From an uncultured virus (IMG/VR IMGVR_UViG_3300021197_000608) (taxonomy: Duplodnaviria > Heunggongvirae > Uroviricota > Caudoviricetes): a stretch of 64,000 bases of DNA. A model generated the notes under the pieces. That model searched no databases. It was given only the letters and a program-made list of their open reading frames with translations, and was not told where the DNA came from. The DNA is taken from IMG/VR virus record IMGVR_UViG_3300021197_000608. One strand, written 5' to 3'. Both the position numbers and the translations under genes were made by a program. This document shows, piece by piece, positions 26,875 through 36,806 of this stretch (the stretch's first letter is position 1; every line of letters starts with the position of its first letter).

Positions 26875-28884
26875 TTATCCCCCTACCTCTGAAAATGCTA
26901 CCCCAGTTCTCACTGCGATAAAGTTTAGTTGAATAAAGTTGATTGATCTAGATGGTTTGACATAGATATCTCCGACAAACTCATTTCTATCAATTACTTC
27001 ACCTGTGTTATTTGTTCCATCTGCAACAACCTTGAAGTCAGTAATACCTCTTCTACCTTGTACATCTCTTAGGAATGGTTCAACAAGATTTTTGAATTGT
27101 GCTTGTGTGAACTGATCGTTAATTTCAAAGAGTTGAAACTTAGCAGCAGTTGCAATTGCCTTTTCAAGAACAAGGAACAATCTACGGACGTTAATCCTAT
27201 CGAATGCACTTGGTCTAGACAATGCAGTTTTATCACCGAAGAGAACAGTACCTTGGCCTGGGAATGTGCAAACAGGGTTTACACGAGCAGGATAAAGGAT
27301 ATCTCTTTCTGCTTTTGTTGGGTTGTATGCAAGTTTTACTGAACCACGAATTTGTCCTCTGTTGTAACCAGCTGGTGAGAACCAAGGGTCAGCAACATTG
27401 TCTGCATTTGCACAAAGTCCAGCAGTATCACCGTTCAATGGAACGTAACGATACACATCACTATATTTGTCGTACATATACTTGTATCCACTATCGAATA
27501 CTGCATATGAAGAACTTGCAAGAAGGTCAAAGAAACCTTTTACATTTGTTGTTTGTGCGGCACCTGTTGTGACACCTACAACATCAGCTGATCGTGGTGA
27601 AATAAATGATACACAATCTTTTCTTTTTTCTGCAAGGTCGATTAGGTTGGTTGCATGTGTTACACCACCAGTACCAGCAGGAGATTGTCCACCGATAATC
27701 AAGTTAACATCCACTGTGTCTGCATCACTAAATTTTTCGTATGCAACATCTAGTTCACCTACAGTAGGCGCAAGTGGACTTGCAGTACCGTCTGCACCAC
27801 CACCAAGAGCATCATTAATGATACCAGCTTTACCAGCTGTTGATGCGAATGTAGTACCAGAAGCTGGATTTGATCCAGCAGCAGATAGTGTTGAATGGTG
27901 ATCCAACCAACGTACAAATTCTGAACCTAAGTTAACTACGTTTGCATAAAAGTTGCTGTTACCTTGTGGTGTTCTTGCATTTCCTGCCTGAGATACAAAT
28001 GGGAAAGTTTCAAGTACTGAATTTCCTCTTTGTCCAGCAAGGTCGTTATCGAAACCACTGATACCACCAGTTTTATCAAATACTACGACATGCATCTCAT
28101 CTGAAACAAGTCCTCTGTCAGCAGCATAAGTTGATGTGCCTGGAGCAGCATCAAACAAGTCATAAAATCTCCAACGTCTACGAACATTTGTCGCAGCAGC
28201 AAGAGCAGTTTTAAGACCACCACCACTAGGATTGTCTAATTGTCTAATTGTTAAGTTGTCAGTTGAAATTGCAGTAACTTCATACTGTTGTCCGTCTGCT
28301 TCTTGAAAGTAAACAATGTCACCTACGTTGAATGCAGCACCACCGGCACCAGCAGAACCACCACCATTGTCAACACCGACAGTTGTTGCACCAGCAGCTG
28401 GTGTACCTGTTGTTACACCTAGTGTACCAGCAGAACCAGCAAAGGCTTGTTCAAACGCTGTTGCGTTTGCACATATTGATGTTCCTAGAGCATTACCGTA
28501 AGCGCCTGGGAATTTAGATGCCCAGTTTCCTACAGAAGCTTGCCCACCAGCATAATTTGCATCGTAAACATCATCGTTATTAATTTGCAATCCAGCACCA
28601 TTTGCTGTTGCGTTTTTAGATCCTGCCATATTAGCACGAACTACACGCAAAGCATTACTGTATTGCAAGAAGTTGGCGCTTGAAAACCATGTTTCATAGT
28701 TGTCAGAAGTTGGTTTACCAAAGATTTCTACCAGCTCTTGCTCCGAACCAATTGAAACGACTTCATCTACTGGGCCTTGTGTAAAGTGTCCAGCGAGCGC
28801 TCCGATTGATGTTGCAACAGCAGGCACAACATTGGTAAGATCAACTTCCTTGACTAATACGCCAGGGGATACTTGAAATGCCAT
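26875..28884 (-). CDS. g18: Tail sheath protein (gp18)
   Basis: SPGVLVKEVDLT, PWFSPAGYNRG, FDRINVRRLF, KPSRSINFI. Confidence 0.98.
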   Translation of the reverse strand: MAFQVSPGVLVKEVDLTNVVPAVATSIGALAGHFTQGPVDEVVSIGSEQELVEIFGKPTSDNYETWFSSANFLQYSNALRVVRANMAGSKNATANGAGLQINNDDVYDANYAGGQASVGNWASKFPGAYGNALGTSICANATAFEQAFAGSAGTLGVTTGTPAAGATTVGVDNGGGSAGAGGAAFNVGDIVYFQEADGQQYEVTAISTDNLTIRQLDNPSGGGLKTALAAATNVRRRWRFYDLFDAAPGTSTYAADRGLVSDEMHVVVFDKTGGISGFDNDLAGQRGNSVLETFPFVSQAGNARTPQGNSNFYANVVNLGSEFVRWLDHHSTLSAAGSNPASGTTFASTAGKAGIINDALGGGADGTASPLAPTVGELDVAYEKFSDADTVDVNLIIGGQSPAGTGGVTHATNLIDLAEKRKDCVSFISPRSADVVGVTTGAAQTTNVKGFFDLLASSSYAVFDSGYKYMYDKYSDVYRYVPLNGDTAGLCANADNVADPWFSPAGYNRGQIRGSVKLAYNPTKAERDILYPARVNPVCTFPGQGTVLFGDKTALSRPSAFDRINVRRLFLVLEKAIATAAKFQLFEINDQFTQAQFKNLVEPFLRDVQGRRGITDFKVVADGTNNTGEVIDRNEFVGDIYVKPSRSINFIQLNFIAVRTGVAFSEVGG

Positions 28885-28938
28885 CCTGTTTTCTCCTTTA
28901 TGGATTTATCATTATTAAGTTTTCCAAACTTACACGAA

Positions 28939-28946
28939 TATTTATA
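28939..28946 (-). promoter_or_regulatory. Late promoter TATAAATA for gp18
   Basis: Exact consensus, intergenic. Confidence 0.85.
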
Positions 28947-29000
28947 AAAAACCTTCTCTTCATTTATTTTTTATAGGTTTAGCGGCACATAAATAATTAT

Positions 29001-29300
29001 ATGTCAGAACACTATCAGAAATACAAAGAAACCATAAAAAAGGTTTCCCAACGCAATTATAGAGCTAGAAAGATATGGGTAAACCAATATCTCTCTAATA
29101 AAGTATGTACTTACTGTGGGGAATCTGAAACCGCATGTCTCCAATTTTATCCCTATGAAGGGAAAATACGAAATCTCACTAAAAGAAAAGGATTAAATGA
29201 AGAATCTAGAACTGAAGTTGTAGGTTTAATCAATGAATCCAAAGTTGTGTGTGCAAACTGTTTCTTAAAGTTAGATAACGATATTATTGATATTATGTAG
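29001..29300 (+). CDS. HNH-like zinc-binding protein, apparently lacking the catalytic histidines
   Basis: CTYCG...CANC pairs as in small phage HNH proteins; fills the gp17-gp18 gap; CATAAATA at 28988-28995 just upstream. Confidence 0.7.
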   Translation: MSEHYQKYKETIKKVSQRNYRARKIWVNQYLSNKVCTYCGESETACLQFYPYEGKIRNLTKRKGLNEESRTEVVGLINESKVVCANCFLKLDNDIIDIM

Positions 29301-29314
29301 GTATTTGATGTTTT

Positions 29315-30958
29315 CTACCAATCCGAATCGTGACTACGAACTACTGGACTCCATCTTTGGCCGTATTCATCAACAACAGCCTCACCATAATCATTTACTC
29401 CATCTACAATAAATCCAAATGGAGCCATATCTTGTTCTAGTTGATTTTGTTGTTCTAAGTACATTCTAGCACGAATGTCATCATCTGTCAACTCCTTAAA
29501 ATAAGTCTGTTGAACTAACCAACCAAATAACACACAACACATTGCAAGGTCATCACAATGTCCTTCCTCAGCCTCATAAGACTGTCCTTTAAGTATAAAT
29601 GTAGAAAATTCATTTATTAGTTCATAATCTTGTATAATTAGTTTATCAGTCTCAATAATTTGTTTAAGATTTGAACAACCCATCTTTTTTACTGCTTTAG
29701 TTGTTCTTACCCCCAACTGTGCTTTTCCCCCTGAAAACCCACCGCCAACGACTTGACCTGCACGACCACGCATAGAAGCCATAATAAGGTTCTCATACTC
29801 CAAGTCAAACTGTAGAGCAGAAGCAACTTGTTCACCTATATCATTTACCTCTATCATAGTATATGCAAGGTTATATGCAGTAGCAACCTCATGGATTATG
29901 TTAGGAAATAGTAAAGGTTTTATTTGATTGTTACGATATTTTGCAACTATTTTATAGGGAACAGTTGATACGTCAAATACAATAAACGCAGAGTAATCAT
30001 TGTTTGTTCCTCTTGACACATCAGCAATTAGTGTATATGTATGTTTTTCTTTTGGATTTTCATAAACATCCAACCCAGCATTTGACTTGGTAGGAGTATG
30101 AAATGCCATCGTCTTAATCTTTGCAGCTGCAATAAGCGTATTAGAAGAACCAAGAAACTCACAATCAAACTCTCTTCTGAACTGTTCCTCAGAGGTGTTT
30201 GCAATTGTTTCTGTTCTCCACATCTCATCACGGCCAGGCACTTGACTCCAATGAACATCTATGATATTGTATGAGTTACGTTTATTCTCTGCGTCTACCC
30301 AAAGTTTGTAGAACAAGTTCATACCGTTTGGTGTAGAAACGATAATAACCTTTGTAGACTTACCAGATGAAATTGTAGGATAAACAGAACTAAAGAAGTC
30401 CTCTGCAACATTAGTAGGAACGAATGCAAATTCGTCCAAGAATATCATGTTGTAAGAACCACCACGAACTGCACTTGAAGATGTTGATGAAGCAACTACA
30501 CGAGAACCGTTCTCTAAGTCCACTGAACCCTTGTTCCAAGACACAACTCCTTGTTGTAACCACTTGGGTAGGTTCTCGTATGCAAGTTGCAAACGTCCAA
30601 GAATATCTCGTGCAGTTGCAGCCTTGTTAGCAAGGATTGCAACATTCATATTATCATTGAAAAGAACGTAGTGAAGAATGTAAGATACCATAGTCGTGGA
30701 TTTACCAGACTGTCGTGGCATCTTACATATTGTGAATCTATCATTATGAATTGTATCTACGATATCTTCTTGAAAGTCATACATTTCAAAAGGAACAAGT
30801 CCTTCATCAAGAGATACAATTTTAATGTAATTTTTAATAAAGTATATGGGGTTTTCCATACACTTTTGATATTCTAAAATATTCTCTTTTGTCCAGTTTA
30901 CTGGAACATTAGATTTTTTTAGTAGTGGGTTTCCAAGATAGTGCTCATAATTTGACAT
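29315..30958 (-). CDS. g17: Terminase large subunit (gp17)
   Basis: YLGNPLLK, PRQSGKST, FLDEFAF, STPNG, DVSRG, HCDDLAM. Confidence 0.98.
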   Translation of the reverse strand: MSNYEHYLGNPLLKKSNVPVNWTKENILEYQKCMENPIYFIKNYIKIVSLDEGLVPFEMYDFQEDIVDTIHNDRFTICKMPRQSGKSTTMVSYILHYVLFNDNMNVAILANKAATARDILGRLQLAYENLPKWLQQGVVSWNKGSVDLENGSRVVASSTSSSAVRGGSYNMIFLDEFAFVPTNVAEDFFSSVYPTISSGKSTKVIIVSTPNGMNLFYKLWVDAENKRNSYNIIDVHWSQVPGRDEMWRTETIANTSEEQFRREFDCEFLGSSNTLIAAAKIKTMAFHTPTKSNAGLDVYENPKEKHTYTLIADVSRGTNNDYSAFIVFDVSTVPYKIVAKYRNNQIKPLLFPNIIHEVATAYNLAYTMIEVNDIGEQVASALQFDLEYENLIMASMRGRAGQVVGGGFSGGKAQLGVRTTKAVKKMGCSNLKQIIETDKLIIQDYELINEFSTFILKGQSYEAEEGHCDDLAMCCVLFGWLVQQTYFKELTDDDIRARMYLEQQNQLEQDMAPFGFIVDGVNDYGEAVVDEYGQRWSPVVRSHDSDW

Positions 30959-30963
30959 TAATT

Positions 30964-31224
30964 TTATTCAGTCTTTGGTGCAGAGTCCTTTAGATGTTTT
31001 GCATAAGCAGTTTTGACTGCATCAGTATGAAAATGTGCAACCATTGCTTTTACGTCTGCACTTTCGTTAGATGAATCTGAGTCTGGTGAAACAACATGGC
31101 GTGAGAAACTTCTAGAAAGTTCTGCACCATCTTCTTCAATCACAGTAGCAGTTCTAATCTGAATGTGCTTATGTTCGCCTACTACTTCAATCTTATCTTG
31201 TTCTGTACGTTTTGTAATCGCCAT
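30964..31224 (-). CDS. Small fibre-associated partner/chaperone-like protein
   Basis: MAITKRTEQDKIEVV...FSRHVVSP; strong RBS; directly follows the DDYEEGT-domain fibre gene. Confidence 0.6.
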   Translation of the reverse strand: MAITKRTEQDKIEVVGEHKHIQIRTATVIEEDGAELSRSFSRHVVSPDSDSSNESADVKAMVAHFHTDAVKTAYAKHLKDSAPKTE

Positions 31225-31278
31225 TATCTTTCTCCTTTTGTCCGCCTCTAGAATCCACTAGAGGTATAAAGTTATTTT

Positions 31279-31911
31279 TTATGTTTCTGTGATGTAACAA
31301 AAATTTAGATAAATCTCATCAGCGGCCGCTGGGGTAAGATTAAAATTGTGTGTATGCGTATTATTAAGACTTAACAAATTTGAATTTTGATTTAGTTGCA
31401 TACCAAGAAGTTTGTAATAAGAACCAGAACCAGCAGAGTTGTCATAATATTCAAATACACCTCCACTTCTACATTCATCTTGGGCGCCATTCTTTGATGT
31501 AAAAGGTAAACTTAAATACATACTTCCAACAGGAGAGGATACTGAAGCAATTCGTGGATGTCCTGTAATAGTTACAAGGCGACCAACTTTAGTATAACTA
31601 ATTGTATCAAAAGAAGTATTTAAAGTTACTGTACCTGACGTAGACATAGTTATAGCTGTTTGGTGAGTGCCTTCTTCATAATCATCCAAGGTATTAGCAG
31701 CACCAGTACCACCAATTGCGACACCAGCAGTTGCAGTAATTAATCCAGTTGATGTGAATGTTCCACTTGCAGATAGGGTTGCACCACTAAGTGTTCCACT
31801 TGCAGTGATGTTTGTTCCACTAATTGTTCCAGCACCAGCAATATTATTACTTACAGTAATATTACCAGAACCAGTTCTTGTTGCAAGTTCGTCTACTCTT
31901 ACTTTTGACAT
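31279..31911 (-). CDS. Short fibre/adhesin with DDYEEGT C-terminal domain (cassette A head 3)
   Basis: N-terminus MSKVRVDELATRTGSGNITV; NTLDDYEEGT...YTKVGRLVTI...LPFT. Confidence 0.65.
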   Translation of the reverse strand: MSKVRVDELATRTGSGNITVSNNIAGAGTISGTNITASGTLSGATLSASGTFTSTGLITATAGVAIGGTGAANTLDDYEEGTHQTAITMSTSGTVTLNTSFDTISYTKVGRLVTITGHPRIASVSSPVGSMYLSLPFTSKNGAQDECRSGGVFEYYDNSAGSGSYYKLLGMQLNQNSNLLSLNNTHTHNFNLTPAAADEIYLNFCYITET

Positions 31912-31912
31912 A

Positions 31913-33073
31913 TTATTCTTCCTCCAGTGCCGCTACTTTTGTTTCTAATGTTTCTATCTTGGCTATCGCCTCTTGGAGTGCAGCCGTAAGAAGTGGCACT
32001 AATTTTCCGTACTCTATACCTTGATACTCTGGAATTGTGTTACCATCATCATCTAGTTTATTATCACCTAATGAAACACCGTCAGGTAACTCTTCACCCT
32101 TTTGCCATACTACAACTCCATCTTTAGAACCTTTAACTACTGACGAAACAACAGTTGCAACTTCGTGTGCAATAAATCCGTCTTCCAAGGTGTTTGTTTT
32201 GTCAGAAATCCAGTTAAACTTTCTAGGCTGTAGTTGTTTAACTTTTGTTATTCCATCCGTTAAGTCTTCTATATTTTCTTTGAGACGATAATCTGAAGTT
32301 GCATTAAAGGCTGTTGCACTAGCTGCTCCAGCTTGATTTGAAGAGCCATCCATGTTGGCTTTCCATTTTAAAGTATTAGAATGATTTGCTAGGTATAGTC
32401 CTTCTTGATGACTGTAAGAACCATTTGCCCTTACTCTCATCCCATAAGGAGAGGATGCAGTAATATAATCCAAACCAAAAGTATTTGAAGCACTATTAAG
32501 TTTAAGTAATTCAAGTGATAATACACCAAATATCAATTGATCATTAGTATGGTTATACTGAACGTATCCACGATAAACATCTGCACCAGTTTGACCATCG
32601 CCAAAAAGTACAGAAGAGACACCATTAGTTGCAGCGGTAAATGCAATCTCTGAATTAGCACTGGTGTTATGGATGTGGAGTTGACGTAGAGGGGCTGCTG
32701 TGTTAATTCCGATATTGCCTGCTGAGTTTATAACAAGTCTATTGACAGCCGCATCAATATCTCTAATAGAAAATCCACTATTAGCAACTCCTGGCGTTCC
32801 TGATACTAATTGAAAGTTGTCAGCACTTGAATTTGAGTGCTGAAGGCTTATAGAAGGAAGACCACTTGATGCAGTATTAATAGTCAGCGCACCACTCATA
32901 GTTGTTGCACCAGTAACACCAAGTGTTCCACCAACAGTTGCGTTTGATGTAATTGCAGCTGTACCTTGTCCAGTAATATTTCCAGGCACCACAAGATTAT
33001 GTCCAGAACCTAAACTTACGTTTCCAGAACCAGCAACATTTTCAATTGTATCTACTTTAATCTTTGAGGACAT
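31913..33073 (-). CDS. Tail fibre protein with C-terminal intramolecular chaperone (peptidase S74-like) (cassette A head 2)
   Basis: TSDYRLKENI...GFIAHEV...YGKLVPLLTAALQE plus terminal coiled coil; GNIGINT repeat. Confidence 0.85.
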   Translation of the reverse strand: MSSKIKVDTIENVAGSGNVSLGSGHNLVVPGNITGQGTAAITSNATVGGTLGVTGATTMSGALTINTASSGLPSISLQHSNSSADNFQLVSGTPGVANSGFSIRDIDAAVNRLVINSAGNIGINTAAPLRQLHIHNTSANSEIAFTAATNGVSSVLFGDGQTGADVYRGYVQYNHTNDQLIFGVLSLELLKLNSASNTFGLDYITASSPYGMRVRANGSYSHQEGLYLANHSNTLKWKANMDGSSNQAGAASATAFNATSDYRLKENIEDLTDGITKVKQLQPRKFNWISDKTNTLEDGFIAHEVATVVSSVVKGSKDGVVVWQKGEELPDGVSLGDNKLDDDGNTIPEYQGIEYGKLVPLLTAALQEAIAKIETLETKVAALEEE

Positions 33074-33102
33074 TTAACTATTTCCCTATAATTTTATTTA
33101 TA

Positions 33103-33396
33103 TCACAATGCACTTGCATCATCTCTTGCTTTACGGTTCTTATAATCACTATGAGCAAGAACAAGTTTTACAAAGTCTGCTTGGTTCGATGGAATTGGAT
33201 CATTGAAAGATTCATCATTCATTAACCTTGTTGTCCATTCATTTTGCATACGTTTCCAACAGTTATTAATTTTACCATCTATTGCACCTTGAACCCATGA
33301 ATCTAGACCAGCATTGTCTGAATCATTATACAAGTCGTTAGATAGTATTTGTTGTTGTGCATCTGTTAGTGTAATTGTTATAGTATGATTTGCCAT
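33103..33396 (-). CDS. Small fibre-associated hypothetical protein
   Basis: ORF with AAGGAG RBS directly after the C1q-like head gene; TATAAATA at 33095-33102 follows its stop. Confidence 0.6.
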   Translation of the reverse strand: MANHTITITLTDAQQQILSNDLYNDSDNAGLDSWVQGAIDGKINNCWKRMQNEWTTRLMNDESFNDPIPSNQADFVKLVLAHSDYKNRKARDDASAL

Positions 33397-33431
33397 TTTT
33401 ATCTCCTTTAAGATTGCTTATTTCAGCATGA

Positions 33432-34532
33432 CTAGGCTACTAAGTAACCATAAAATTGTGATGAATTAGTAGTAATAATATCCATCTGTGCAGACCCAGA
33501 ATTAGGTGAAATTTGAACCGTTGCTGTGTCACCAGCATCCATATCACAAAGTAACGACCCATTTTGTCCAAAATAACCATCATCTGCCAGTACATCGCCA
33601 GGTTTTAAATCAATATAATAAAGAGCATTAGAAGTATTAAATTGAAACCAGACGTAGTTGAAAGCACTATCCCAATTTGCATAATTGAGATTACACCCTA
33701 TCATATACTTGCCAGTCACAGGCGCAGTAAACGTATAATTAGATGTATTATAATCTGCGTTTTGGTCAAAAACTTCAGAATTAAAAGCAATATTATAAGT
33801 ACTATTGGTTGCAACATTATCTTGAGCAGAAGTAAGTCTAGCTAAAAATGCTGGTTGCGTAGGCATGGTTACATGACCATTTGCATCTATGTTTATTCTA
33901 TTGACTTGATTAGTAGCAAGAGCTAAATCATTAACTGTAGCACCTTGTTTTATTTCTGGAGCAATACCAGTTACCGATGGAAAAATAATTCTACTTGCTT
34001 CAGTAAGTCTAGCGGCATCAAATTTTGTAACTTGACCAGTACCACCACCGACAACAAGTGCAAAGTGGTGTGTAGTTGCTGTTGCAACAAAAGTAAAAGA
34101 GTGTGTACCAGTACCTAAGTTAAGGGCACTAACATTTTGATTTCCATTTGCAGATGTACCTATGTACAATCTAGAATAACTACCAGCATCTTGTGTGACA
34201 ACAACAGATGCAATATAACTTCTACCAACGACAAGATTATCGACTTGTTGGTTTGCAAAACCGTTAACACCACTGTTGGGTGTTAATTGAAGTGCTCCAG
34301 AACTAATTGCAAGAGTTGAACCAGTTGCAGCCCAACCAGTAGTATTGGAAGTAAAATCTCCATTAGTAATAAGATTTGTAGTAGTTCCTACACTTATACT
34401 TTGTTGAAATGTGGAAGCGCCTGATACTGTAAGATTATCAGGTTCAAGAGTATGTCCAGATTCAATCTTGACTTTGTTTGCATCTGCACCAGAGGTTGCA
34501 CCAGCTATTGTTGTGACTGTAAGTTTACTCAT
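33432..34532 (-). CDS. Adhesin with carbohydrate-binding-like middle domain and C1q/TNF-like C-terminal domain (cassette A head 1)
   Basis: NLITNGDFTSNTTGW; P.QPAF...FNSEVFDQ...YTFTAPVTGKY...FYGYLV. Confidence 0.65.
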   Translation of the reverse strand: MSKLTVTTIAGATSGADANKVKIESGHTLEPDNLTVSGASTFQQSISVGTTTNLITNGDFTSNTTGWAATGSTLAISSGALQLTPNSGVNGFANQQVDNLVVGRSYIASVVVTQDAGSYSRLYIGTSANGNQNVSALNLGTGTHSFTFVATATTHHFALVVGGGTGQVTKFDAARLTEASRIIFPSVTGIAPEIKQGATVNDLALATNQVNRINIDANGHVTMPTQPAFLARLTSAQDNVATNSTYNIAFNSEVFDQNADYNTSNYTFTAPVTGKYMIGCNLNYANWDSAFNYVWFQFNTSNALYYIDLKPGDVLADDGYFGQNGSLLCDMDAGDTATVQISPNSGSAQMDIITTNSSQFYGYLVA

Positions 34533-34534
34533 AT

Positions 34535-34867
34535 CTATACCACCGAAAGTTCGCCAGAGATTGTAACTGTAATTCCATTAGCGATTGTAATCTCGCCTGC
34601 ACATGCAGCATTCTGATTTGCTGCAATTGTAAAATTTGTAGTTACCGTCTGGTCATTTAGATAAAAAACTGCATCAGAACCACCACCAGTTGCACCACCA
34701 CCTACAGATGTCCAATTACCACCGTTGTAACCTTCAAATGCAGTGTCGGTTGTGTTAAATCTTAGCACACCTTGTGCTGGTGAACCTTCTCTTTGTGCAG
34801 TTGTACCTGTCGGAACGTCAATTCCTTCAAGTGCTACACCAACATTATTAGCTCTTGTTAGTGGCAT
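34535..34867 (-). CDS. Small fibre protein, putative hub of cassette A
   Basis: PTGTTAQR...GVLRFNT motif; C-terminal TIAANQNAACAGEITIANGITVTISGELSVV. Confidence 0.6.
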   Translation of the reverse strand: MPLTRANNVGVALEGIDVPTGTTAQREGSPAQGVLRFNTTDTAFEGYNGGNWTSVGGGATGGGSDAVFYLNDQTVTTNFTIAANQNAACAGEITIANGITVTISGELSVV

Positions 34868-35286
34868 TATTCTTTTCCTTTTAACATCTTTTGTAGTTCA
34901 GCTGTTGAACCAACAAACAATGCATTCGTTACATTCTTTGGTGCAGAACTAGGAACTTCTTTTAGTTTCTTCATCTTCTCTTGTAAATCACCAAGTTTCT
35001 CTGTTACGTCTGCAACCTGTTTTATTAAATTCCCAGCAACTTCATAGCTTCTAGGGTGTTCTGATTCTCTTGCGAGGTCTAGAATACCATCAATTGCATC
35101 TTGTCCTCTTTCAATCAGATTGTAAAAATTCTCTCGTTGATATTTATAATCATTGTCTATATCCTGTTCATTGTTTTCTGTTTTAGGAACAAGAACAGGT
35201 TTTGGCGACGTTACACTTTTAGTAGTTGTTTCCACAACATCTGTAATACCAAGAACATTATCTAAAATATCAGTTTGATTTGACAT
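34867..35286 (-). CDS. g16: Terminase small subunit (gp16)
   Basis: DYKYQRENFY.LIERG, HPRSYEVAG.LIK, NALFVGSTAELQKML. Start reassigned to ATG 35286. Confidence 0.93.
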   Translation of the reverse strand: MSNQTDILDNVLGITDVVETTTKSVTSPKPVLVPKTENNEQDIDNDYKYQRENFYNLIERGQDAIDGILDLARESEHPRSYEVAGNLIKQVADVTEKLGDLQEKMKKLKEVPSSAPKNVTNALFVGSTAELQKMLKGKE

Positions 35287-35296
35287 TTCATACAAT

Positions 35297-35704
35297 TCAA
35301 GACGGTTCTGTAGGCCAAGTAACATTACCAAGCACACCATCTACTAAAGTCGGTGATGCACCGTCTGGAAGGTCTCTTAGATTTTTACGATATGTTTTCC
35401 AAGCAGCTGACATAGTAACATCACTATTACCCATCCAATCTGTCTCTGTTAATTTTGCATTTCGTTGTTTACGAAGTTCGTTCATAGGTGCTGCATCGTC
35501 CATTTCTTTTTGTTTGTCTGATACTTGTTTCCAAGTTACACCCCATTTTGAAGTGTCAGCAGATTCGATTGCAGAACCTTCTGAATCTGCACCAGTAACT
35601 TTTCTGAACATTTCTTTGAAGTGATCTTCTGTAGTAGGCTCGCCACGCAAAACCCACTCATTAATACCAAGAGCACTTAATGCTTCTGAAGCTGTTGTTG
35701 CCAT
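35297..35704 (-). CDS. Tail fibre assembly chaperone-like protein
   Basis: C-terminal LRKQRNAKLTETDW...WKTYRKNLRDLP...WPTEP; TATAAATA at 35739-35746 upstream. Confidence 0.75.
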   Translation of the reverse strand: MATTASEALSALGINEWVLRGEPTTEDHFKEMFRKVTGADSEGSAIESADTSKWGVTWKQVSDKQKEMDDAAPMNELRKQRNAKLTETDWMGNSDVTMSAAWKTYRKNLRDLPDGASPTLVDGVLGNVTWPTEPS

Positions 35705-35758
35705 TTTATTTTCTCCTAATTAATAAAATTCTTTCTGTTATTTATAATTGCCATTTTT

Positions 35759-36265
35759 CTATCCTATTAAATGTCCAAAAAATTGAGTGCTTCCGTAATC
35801 AGCACCAGAAATGTTTCTTGCAGGGCCATAAGCTCTTGCTTTAACAGCAACCCCAGCACCTAAACTTACTTGAGTTGAACAACATGAACCATATCTAGCA
35901 TTAGAACCTTTAATATAAAAATCTACAGCCCCAACTGTAGTTGATCCTGCTTGAATTGATACGATACCTTGAGACTCAGAACCAGTATTTGCAACATATG
36001 AGTAAGAAAGATAAAAATAATAAATACCAGCAACAGGCGTTGTAAAGGTATAATTACTCGTATTGAAGTTACCACCAATGTCATAATTTTCTGCATTAAA
36101 TTGAATTGTAGTAAAGGTATTCGCTGACGGAGCACTTTGGTCACCAGTCATATATGCTCTAAATGCTGGTCTTGCTGGTTGTAAAACCCTACCAGCACTA
36201 TCAATAGTTATTGCAGACGTTCCACCAGTATGTTGTATATTTTGTACTTTTAATGTTGATGCCAT
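35759..36265 (-). CDS. C1q/TNF-like adhesin (cassette B head 3)
   Basis: GRVLQPARPAF...FNTSNYTFTTPVAGIYYF...FFGHLIG. Confidence 0.7.
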   Translation of the reverse strand: MASTLKVQNIQHTGGTSAITIDSAGRVLQPARPAFRAYMTGDQSAPSANTFTTIQFNAENYDIGGNFNTSNYTFTTPVAGIYYFYLSYSYVANTGSESQGIVSIQAGSTTVGAVDFYIKGSNARYGSCCSTQVSLGAGVAVKARAYGPARNISGADYGSTQFFGHLIG

Positions 36266-36275
36266 ATCCTATTCC

Positions 36276-36806
36276 TTACTGTGCGATTTCTATTATAGAC
36301 CAACTACAAGAGTTTTGATTAGAAAAACTACCAGACCAACCAAGATATACTGTGCCAGAGGCACCACCTCTAAAATGCATTGTGTACGTTATTGCACTTG
36401 TAGTTCCAGCTATATCTTTAATATTAGTAATACCTTGACAATCCCAAGATTGCTTACCACCACTTGCTGATTCTGTATCCATTAAATTTCCAACACCAGA
36501 CTTATTAAGAACAACATAGGAATATGCACCAGCAGCATTGTTATGTGCTGAAACAAGATAACTATGAAGAAGTATACTATTACTATATTTCGGTGTAATT
36601 GTTAATGTATGACCAGATGAAGTATAAGACGTTGATGTAGTAGTAGCTCTTGGAGTCCAAGTTGACGTATCTGAATGTACAGATTGAACAACCATCCCAG
36701 GCGCTTTGATAGAATTAGTGTCAGTTCCAATTATTTGTTTACCAGTAGGAACTGTAATCGTTGAACCACTTGCAGTTGTTAGATTATTTACAAATAGAGT
36801 ACTCAT
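36276..36806 (-). CDS. Short adhesin-like protein (cassette B head 2)
   Basis: PGMVVQ...TITPKYSNS.L...AITY...IIEIAQ; paralogue of 36803, 47554 and 48093. Confidence 0.6.
   Translation of the reverse strand: MSTLFVNNLTTASGSTITVPTGKQIIGTDTNSIKAPGMVVQSVHSDTSTWTPRATTTSTSYTSSGHTLTITPKYSNSILLHSYLVSAHNNAAGAYSYVVLNKSGVGNLMDTESASGGKQSWDCQGITNIKDIAGTTSAITYTMHFRGGASGTVYLGWSGSFSNQNSCSWSIIEIAQ

Noticed and set aside
4494..30958. Introns or inteins in gp43, uvsW, gp23, gp20, gp17
   Set aside because: All are continuous ORFs of ordinary length with motifs in the expected spacing.
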